NCBI GenBank assembly: GCA_963800095.1
Contig: CAWCZV010000016.1
Coordinates: forward strand, 100,728-132,727
DNA length: 32,000 nt
Source of the DNA: an uncultured Acidobacteriota bacterium
Lineage (GTDB): Bacteria > Acidobacteriota > Terriglobia > Acidiferrales > UBA7541
Direction: 5' to 3'
Each line of letters begins with the position of its first letter. Positions within the stretch are counted from its first letter, which is position 1. Shown one piece after another: positions 1 to 5,696 of this stretch. The notes beneath the pieces were generated by a model, which was not told the origin of the DNA, searched no databases, and worked only from the letters and a program-made list of their open reading frames with translations. The position numbers were made by a program, and so were the translations under genes.

Positions 1-42
1 CGCCGGAGTATTCGAGATGGAGCGTTCGGTATGGCATTTTAA

Positions 43-130
43 GTAGGACAGGCTTCAGCCTGTCTGGTTTTGGCCATTTAATTTAACAAAGCAATGTAAC
101 AAAAAGCAGACAGGCTGAAGCCTGTCCTAC
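43..130. repeat. REPIN-like inverted pair of GTAG-headed REP hairpins just downstream of the HMG-CoA lyase stop
   Basis: GTAGGACAGGCTTCAGCCTGTC at 43-64 and its exact reverse complement at 109-130, with a 44-nt AT-rich spacer. Each arm is itself a 7-bp hairpin (GACAGGC/TTCA/GCCTGTC). Confidence 0.8.
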
Positions 131-136
131 TAAATC

Positions 137-1033
137 TCATTTTGCCTGCGCCGCGTGCGAATACTTGGAGCGAATTTCTTCGGTCATCGCGAGGGCCTGC
201 TGCAACGCTTCCGGACGAACCCCCGCGTCCGCACCACGAGAGGCGAGCGCCGCGAGAATCGTTTCCGTGGCGATGTTGCCCACCAGTTCGTCGCCCGCGA
301 AGGGGCATCCGCCAAGTCCCGTGAGCGCTCCGTCGAACCGGCGGCATCCGGCATCGTAAGCCGCGACGATTTTTTCCGCGGCGCCTTCCGCTCGGCTGTG
401 CAAATGAACGCCCAATTCGACGCCCGCCACGCAATCTTTTACGGTGTTGTACAGCGCGCCGACGTATTCGGGAAGCGTGGTTCCAACCGTATCGGCAAGC
501 GATACACTTCGCACCCCGATGTCCTTCAGCCAGACCAGCGCGTCTTCCACAATCTCCGCGCCCCACGGTTCCTCGTACGGATTGCCGAACGCCATCGAAA
601 TGTAAACGACGAGTCCGTGGCCGGACGCTTTCGTGGCCTTGCGCAATTGCTCGACAAGGGCGCGCGATTCTCCCCGGCTCATGTTCGCATTGGCGCGCCG
701 AAAATACGCCGAGATGGAGTACGGATAGCCAATCGTTGTAACGCCAGGAGTCGCGAGGGCTCGCTCGACGCCACGTTCATTCACGGCGATCCCAATAATT
801 TCAGGCTGTGCCGACCCAGCGGGAAGGCCGGCGAGAAATCCTTTCATCACTTCTTCGCTGTCGGCCATTTGCTTTACATGCTTGGGTGAAACGAAACTGA
901 CAGCATCGATATGCTTGAAGCCGGCGGCAGCAAGATTGAGGAGATAATCGATTTTCACTTCCGCGGGAATGATTTCCGGTAATCCCTGCCAGGCATCCCT
1001 CGGGCATTCGACGATTTTCACTGATTCAAGCAA
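137..1033 (-). CDS. Hydroxymethylglutaryl-CoA lyase (HMGL-like family)
   Basis: 298-aa ORF. N-terminus VKIVECPRDAWQG resembles the canonical (V)E(V)GPRDGLQ start of HMG-CoA lyases, and GLGGCPFA lies near the C-terminus. TTG start at 1033 has AAGGA 6 nt upstream. It is co-directional with and directly downstream of the carboxyltransferase gene (leucine-catabolism pairing). Confidence 0.85.
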   Translation of the reverse strand: MLESVKIVECPRDAWQGLPEIIPAEVKIDYLLNLAAAGFKHIDAVSFVSPKHVKQMADSEEVMKGFLAGLPAGSAQPEIIGIAVNERGVERALATPGVTTIGYPYSISAYFRRANANMSRGESRALVEQLRKATKASGHGLVVYISMAFGNPYEEPWGAEIVEDALVWLKDIGVRSVSLADTVGTTLPEYVGALYNTVKDCVAGVELGVHLHSRAEGAAEKIVAAYDAGCRRFDGALTGLGGCPFAGDELVGNIATETILAALASRGADAGVRPEALQQALAMTEEIRSKYSHAAQAK

Positions 1034-1070
1034 CGGAAATCCTTTGAAGCTGAGAGTTCAAAGCTGAACA

Positions 1071-2747
1071 TCAAGTTTGTAATACTCCCGTCTTAAATGC
1101 TTTCACCTCAGGATTCAGGGCCGCCGCTTCCAGCGACCATATCAGCGCCTCGCGTGTCTGGGCAGGGTCAATGATGGCATCGACCCACAGCCGCGCTGCG
1201 GCGTAGCGAGGGTCGGTTTGGTGTTCATAAGTGGCGCGGATGGATTCTTTTAATTCTTTCTTGTCCGCCTCGGAAAGCTTCTTTCCTTCGCGTTCGAGCT
1301 GCTTGATTTTGATTTCGACCAGCGTGGACGCGGCGGAATCGCCGCTCATCACTGCATAGCGCGCCGTCGGCCATGCGAAAATGAATCGCGGGTCGTAAGC
1401 CTTGCCGCACATGGCATAGTGGCCGGCGCCGAAACTTCCGCCGCAAATGACCGTGATTTTCGGGACGACGCTGTTCGATACGGCGTTCACCATTTTTGCG
1501 CCGGCGCGGATGATTCCGCTCCATTCCGCTTCTTTGCCGACCATGAATCCATTGACGTCGTGCAGAAAAATGAGCGGCACGAGATTCTGGTTACAATCCA
1601 TGATGAAGCGCGCGGCCTTTTCGGCGGATTCGGTGTAAATCACACCGCCAAATTCGATGCGGCGCTCGCCGGTCGCCGCGTCAATCGTGGGTACATGCTT
1701 CTTATTGTTGGCGACGATGCCGACGGCCCAGCCGCCGATTCGCGCGTAGCCGCAGAGCACGGTCTTGCCGTATTCCGCGCGGTATTCCTCGAATTTGCTG
1801 CCATCGACGATGCGGGCGATCACTTCGTGCATGTCGTATTGCCGCGCCGGGTCGGAAGAAAAAATCCCGTAGATTTCCTCGGGAGGGAACAGGGGATTTT
1901 CGGATTCCTTGTAATCGAAGCGCGCGGCGGGAGGATGCCCCATCTTATCCACGAGCGCGCGGATGCGCGCGAGGCACGACTCATCGTCCGGCTCGCGAAA
2001 GTCGACCGTGCCGCTGATTTCCGCGTGCATTTTCGCGCCGCCCAGTTCTTCAGCGGAAACTTTTTGTCCGATCGCCGCTTGCACAAGCGCCGGGCCCGCA
2101 AGGAAAAGTCCCGAGCCCTCGGTCATTAGAATGTGATCGCACATCACGGGCAGGTACGCGCCGCCCGCGACGCACATTCCCATGATGGCCGTGATTTGGG
2201 GAATGTGCATGGCGCTCATGACGGCGTTGTTGCGAAAGACGCGGCCGAAATCGTCGGTGTCGGGGAAAACGTCTTCCTGCAGCGGCAGAAAAACGCCCGC
2301 GGAATCGACCAGGTAAATCGTGGGAATGTGGTTGTCGATGGAAATGTTCTGCGCGCGAATCACTTTTTTCGCGGTGAGAGGGAAGAAGGCTCCGGCTTTC
2401 ACCGTCGCGTCATTGGCGATGATCATCACGAGCCGCCCGCAGATTCGCGCGAGGCCGGTAATCGCGCCGGCGGCCGGAGCGCCGCCCCACTCTTCATACA
2501 TTTCGTGCGCGGCGTAAATTCCCAACTCGAAAAACGAAGTGTGCGGATCGATCAGCTTGGCAATGCGCTCGCGCGCGGTCAGGCGTGATTTTTTGTGCTG
2601 CGATTCGATGGCTTTCGCGCCGCCGCCCTGCTGAATCGCGGTTTCCTGGTTCTTGATTTCGGTGACGAGGTCCACCATGCGGCGGGTATTCTTCTCGAAG
2701 GCGGGCGAGTTTCGGGTGACCTTGCTTTCAACGACGGAACTCGTCAA
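1071..2747 (-). CDS. Acyl-CoA carboxylase carboxyltransferase (beta) subunit, methylcrotonyl-CoA carboxylase beta-like
   Basis: Carboxyl-transferase motifs (IIANDATVKAGAFFP, YLVDSAGVFLP, CVAGGAYLP, FLAGPALV) align closely by eye with MCCB-type proteins. The ORF-track start at 2831 was trimmed to TTG at 2747, which has GGAGGA 7 nt upstream. No biotin-carboxylase subunit is in the window. Confidence 0.8.
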   Translation of the reverse strand: MTSSVVESKVTRNSPAFEKNTRRMVDLVTEIKNQETAIQQGGGAKAIESQHKKSRLTARERIAKLIDPHTSFFELGIYAAHEMYEEWGGAPAAGAITGLARICGRLVMIIANDATVKAGAFFPLTAKKVIRAQNISIDNHIPTIYLVDSAGVFLPLQEDVFPDTDDFGRVFRNNAVMSAMHIPQITAIMGMCVAGGAYLPVMCDHILMTEGSGLFLAGPALVQAAIGQKVSAEELGGAKMHAEISGTVDFREPDDESCLARIRALVDKMGHPPAARFDYKESENPLFPPEEIYGIFSSDPARQYDMHEVIARIVDGSKFEEYRAEYGKTVLCGYARIGGWAVGIVANNKKHVPTIDAATGERRIEFGGVIYTESAEKAARFIMDCNQNLVPLIFLHDVNGFMVGKEAEWSGIIRAGAKMVNAVSNSVVPKITVICGGSFGAGHYAMCGKAYDPRFIFAWPTARYAVMSGDSAASTLVEIKIKQLEREGKKLSEADKKELKESIRATYEHQTDPRYAAARLWVDAIIDPAQTREALIWSLEAAALNPEVKAFKTGVLQT

Positions 2748-2831
2748 GTGGAACTCCTCCCATGCTATTTCACGGGATGCGCGTGAAGACGGCGAATCGA
2801 CAGTATAAGCTGATTCCGCCCCGCTCTGCAT

Positions 2832-3285
2832 GGCTTGCGAAGTCGCGCCGTTTCCGACTCGTCATACAGGACCAGATCCCTGACAACAGGCCACAGGAGG
2901 GCCTGCCAGGCGGTACAATCAGCCTCGGCAAAGCCTTGGCCAGCCCAGTAGGAGGCTCACGACGGCGTTTCAAGGAGCAATTGACTGGGCACTGCCACGG
3001 CGGGGACCGAAGAAGCCCCCTTGCCCTCCTGAAGAATGAATAAGTTAGCGGCCCCATTGCTTGGGGCCGGTGCCTCAGGAATCAGTCTAGGCTATCGAAG
3101 TGTCATTAGGGAAAACAATTTCCCATATGTGGAAATTGACTAGACCGCCAGAGGCTTGTGACGGCGGGTTTTGTTCCCTAAAGGTGCAAACATAATGAAA
3201 CAATTAGAGATAGGGTTCCATTGCGAAACATACCAGGGTCGAGGTTTGGAACTACTCCTGCTTAGGCAAGAGACAGGGTAGCGAA
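2832..3285. other. Unusually long non-coding spacer with candidate structured RNA or leader elements (unclassified)
   Basis: No protein-like ORF; the two ~93-aa ORFs at 2762-3057 are Arg-rich nonsense. Perfect 9-bp long-range helix CAGGAGGGC 2894-2902 / GCCCTCCTG 3023-3031. Nested helices 2921-2926/2952-2957 and 2943-2949/2984-2990. Hairpin GGCCCC-7nt-GGGGCC at 3050-3068. Mutually exclusive hairpins 3109-3124 versus 3119-3135. Weak terminator-like CCGCC/GGCGG plus TTTTGTT at 3145-3175. Hairpin 3215-3252. Confidence 0.3.
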
Positions 3286-3657
3286 ATGAGCACTTCTCTT
3301 CATCAATGTTGCACTCCCGGCTGCGGGACCCTGGTCCCCGCAGAGCTTGAGTTGGACGGCTTCTGCGTTCCGCACTTCCTTTTGTCCGCGGAAAAAGCCT
3401 GTTCCGAGATGCGCCGAGAAGCCGCCACGGGCGAGTCAGATGCTACGCGGCGAGCGGAGCTTGAGGCCTACGTAGCCGCCTCCGCCATGAAGCTAGCCCT
3501 CATCGGCACCGGAAGTGTGCGGTTGTCTGATGAAATGAAGAAACGAATTCTGACCACATTCCTCACGCTGATGATTCTCCGGGAGAATCTGGACCGTCCC
3601 TTGAACCCGTTCCTGCCCAGGCGACGAACGAGCAGACCGGAAGCTACCGCAGCCTGA
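3286..3657 (+). CDS. Hypothetical protein with Cys-rich N-terminus (CCxxC...CxxH)
   Basis: 123-aa ORF with ATG start. N-terminal CCTPGCG...FCVPHF suggests a small metal-binding module followed by helical sequence. The SD is weak and no family was recognised. Confidence 0.5.
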   Translation: MSTSLHQCCTPGCGTLVPAELELDGFCVPHFLLSAEKACSEMRREAATGESDATRRAELEAYVAASAMKLALIGTGSVRLSDEMKKRILTTFLTLMILRENLDRPLNPFLPRRRTSRPEATAA

Positions 3658-3746
3658 GTTGCGGCTTCTGCCAGATCGAATTTCAGCGTCACGATATTTC
3701 CGACATTTTTACGAAATCTGATTTGCTTGCTTGCCCGCCTCTTTCC

Positions 3747-4142
3747 TTATGAACCCTCAGTCGCGGATTGCCCTTTTTCCGCAAGGAACGCCATAGCTTC
3801 CTCCATCGTCCGGAAGACGCCGACTTGTTTGGTGCTGCGTTCGTCCAGGCTGCGGTAGGTCTGGTACATACGCCCCAGGCCGAAGGCTTCCTCGGTCGGC
3901 GCGAAGATGGCAAAGCGCGATGGCGGAGAATCGCCATCCATCCCGGCCGAGCGTGCCGCCAGTTCCCGCACTCGTTCGATGGACTGCAAAGCGATGCGCT
4001 CGACTCGGCTCATGTCCACAAGTTCCTTGTAGCCGATCAATTCGGGCCGAGACCGGATGGCCTGCTGGTACCCCATAATATCTTCGTGGGTCATCGTGCC
4101 GTGCGCTTTGGTCATAATTAGCCGCTGTTGGTGATCAATCAC
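3747..4142 (-). CDS. Hypothetical protein, possibly SpoIIAA/STAS-like fold
   Basis: 131-aa ORF with GTG start. The pattern (beta-strand RLIMTKAHGTMT, then HEDIMGY..., RFAIFAPTEEAFGLGRMY, C-terminal EEAMAFL) resembles SpoIIAA-like/STAS small domains. The functional call is weak. Confidence 0.5.
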   Translation of the reverse strand: MIDHQQRLIMTKAHGTMTHEDIMGYQQAIRSRPELIGYKELVDMSRVERIALQSIERVRELAARSAGMDGDSPPSRFAIFAPTEEAFGLGRMYQTYRSLDERSTKQVGVFRTMEEAMAFLAEKGQSATEGS

Positions 4143-4271
4143 GAAATCGATTGGCCTGGCCTGGCCCTCCTCTCCGCATGGCTGCGGTCGGCGCGTTTAG
4201 TGGTGCGGGCCTCTATCCCGTGAGCTTTGGCATGAGCGGGGCAATTTCCCACTGGCCGGAAGGCTGCGACT

Positions 4272-5411
4272 TTAGATTTTCAGGATCTTCGCGGCTGTTC
4301 CTCCCAAGATCATTTTGCGTTGCTCCGGGCTCAGGTGAAGTTCCTCGACCGCTTTCACCGGATGATCGTAGCCAATTGGAAAGCAATAGTCGCTGCCCAT
4401 CATGATTCGATCGACGCCCACCTGCGAGATGATGTATTCCATCAGCGGCTTGGAATGAGCGATGGTGTCATACAGGAAGCGGTGAAGGTACGCGCTCGGC
4501 GTCTGCGCGGAATGCTTCGCCGCGGGGATCACATTCCAGCCGTGGTCGAGGCGCCCGACGATGTTTAGCAGCGCACCGCCGGCGTGCGGCAGGACGATCA
4601 AGAGATTCGGATGGCGATCGAGCACGCCGCCAAAGATGAGATGAGAGGCGGCAACCGTGGTGTCCAGCGGATAGGCAACCAGGTTGGAAAAAGAATATGG
4701 CTGCAACCGCTTGCCGCCAAGGTTGGGAGGCAAAGGATGTAGAAATACCGGAAGGCCGAGCGTTTCGATGTGGGCAAAAATAGGCTCGAACATCGGATCG
4801 TCGAGGTTTCGACCTTCGATGTTGGTTCCCATGTAAACGCCGCGCACGCCGGGGAGTTTGCTTGCGCGATTGAGCTCGTCCACGGCGCGGTCGGGATCGA
4901 GCATCGGCAGAGTCGCGAGGACCACGAACCTGTCGGGATTGGCCTTATGCGCCGCAACCGCCGCGTCGTTCCAGGTACTGGCGAGCTTGTGCGAATATTC
5001 GCCATCCGCCCAATAGACCATGGGGCCGGTGAGCGAGAGCGCTTGGACAGCGACGCCTTGCGCGTCCATGTCCGCAAGGCGTTGCTTCAGATCGATGAAT
5101 TTTGCCGGCAACGGACCGTTCGTTTCGGCGGGCGTCTTGAAGAAGAAGCCCTGGTCGGTCATGCGGAATTCCGCGTTGTAGCGTTGGCCCTCGGAATTGA
5201 ATAAATCGAAATAGCTTTGAGGAAAGTAATGAGCGTGGATGTCGATCGGGCGGGCGCCGCTGCTTTTCAGGGCTGTGGGTATGCCAGGTGCAGCGAGTAG
5301 CGCTTCGCCCACACCGCTCATCGAGCTTGCCGCCGCCGCTGCAAGCCCTCCTTGCAGAACCGTTCGGCGCGATACCCCATGACGGCAACTGCGCACTACG
5401 TCTTCCTTCAT
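4272..5411 (-). CDS. Amidohydrolase-2 (ACMSD-like metal-dependent hydrolase) family protein with twin-arginine signal
   Basis: IDIHAHYFP near the mature N-terminus and MGSDYCFP near the C-terminus are typical of PF04909-type amidohydrolases. Tat-like SRRTVLQGGLAAAAASS follows the ATG at 5411. The ORF-track start at 5576 runs into a palindromic repeat and was trimmed. Confidence 0.75.
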   Translation of the reverse strand: MKEDVVRSCRHGVSRRTVLQGGLAAAAASSMSGVGEALLAAPGIPTALKSSGARPIDIHAHYFPQSYFDLFNSEGQRYNAEFRMTDQGFFFKTPAETNGPLPAKFIDLKQRLADMDAQGVAVQALSLTGPMVYWADGEYSHKLASTWNDAAVAAHKANPDRFVVLATLPMLDPDRAVDELNRASKLPGVRGVYMGTNIEGRNLDDPMFEPIFAHIETLGLPVFLHPLPPNLGGKRLQPYSFSNLVAYPLDTTVAASHLIFGGVLDRHPNLLIVLPHAGGALLNIVGRLDHGWNVIPAAKHSAQTPSAYLHRFLYDTIAHSKPLMEYIISQVGVDRIMMGSDYCFPIGYDHPVKAVEELHLSPEQRKMILGGTAAKILKI

Positions 5412-5531
5412 GGCAATGTCCTTTGAGAAAAACGCGATCCGATTTGGATGGGTCTCGTTCTCGCGAATCGTACGCTTTTCCTGCGCCGTGCACAACGAAC
5501 ATAGCGTCATAAGCTGCATGCATATGAGGTT

Positions 5532-5597
5532 TCCTGGGAACGCCAATCTCCCGATTGGCGGGTTGCGCCACGCCAATCGGGAGATTGGCGTTCCCAG
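5532..5597. repeat. Perfect 28-bp inverted repeat (nested palindrome) in a divergent intergenic region
   Basis: CCTGGGAACGCCAATCTCCCGATTGGCG at 5532-5559 and its exact reverse complement at 5570-5597, with a 10-nt spacer. Each arm contains its own hairpin CGCCAATC-TCCC-GATTGGCG. Confidence 0.85.
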
Positions 5598-5696
5598 GTT
5601 TCAAAGGTATCTTGGTAATGTTTCGCGGTGCGATGCAGCCGAATGGCCGCGAGTCGCGTCTCATACGGAGTGGGTCAGTCGTTGAGGAGAATCGGG

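Noticed and set aside
1-42. Possible 3' end of a + strand gene ending at TAA 40-42 (...RRSIRDGAFGMAF*).
   Set aside because: Only 13 codons are visible, so it cannot be supported.
155-889. Long antisense or alternate-frame ORFs overlapping confident genes. Examples are 155-889(+), 1419-2129(+), 5709-6581(-), 7569-8291(-), 10175-11152(+), 16801-17613(-), 19426-20334(+), 26098-27492(+) and 28078-29058(-).
   Set aside because: Their translations are Arg/Gly/Ala/His-rich low-complexity sequence typical of stop-poor non-coding frames in GC-rich DNA. Each lies opposite a gene with clear family motifs.
1042-1063. A 7-bp hairpin (CTTTGAA/TTCAAAG) between the carboxyltransferase and HMG-CoA lyase genes, partly covering the lyase SD (AAAGGA).
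   Set aside because: The stem is short and AT-rich, of marginal stability, and could be chance. It is not enough to claim translational control.
2748-2831. N-terminal extensions given by the ORF track: 2748-2831, 5412-5576, 5628-5696, 14658-14681, 25016-25102, 25935-25946, 27478-27552 and 27931-27939.
   Set aside because: Downstream starts have Shine-Dalgarno-like sequences at proper spacing and match the family-typical N-termini or signal peptides. Several extensions run into repeat elements. These remain predictions, not proof.
2890-3285. Known riboswitch or ncRNA classes in the long spacer: a cobalamin riboswitch (given nearby B12 enzymes), ZTP/pfl, c-di-GMP-I, guanidine-I (ykkC; TAGGGTTCC at 3211-3219), RNase P, tmRNA, SRP and 6S.
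   Set aside because: Only short partial resemblances were seen (GGTCCCCGCCGTGGCAGTG versus the B12-box region; CCGCCTGGCAG versus the ZTP CCGCCUGGGCA; GGCAAAGCC; TAGGGTTCC). The remaining obligatory conserved blocks of each family are absent on both strands.
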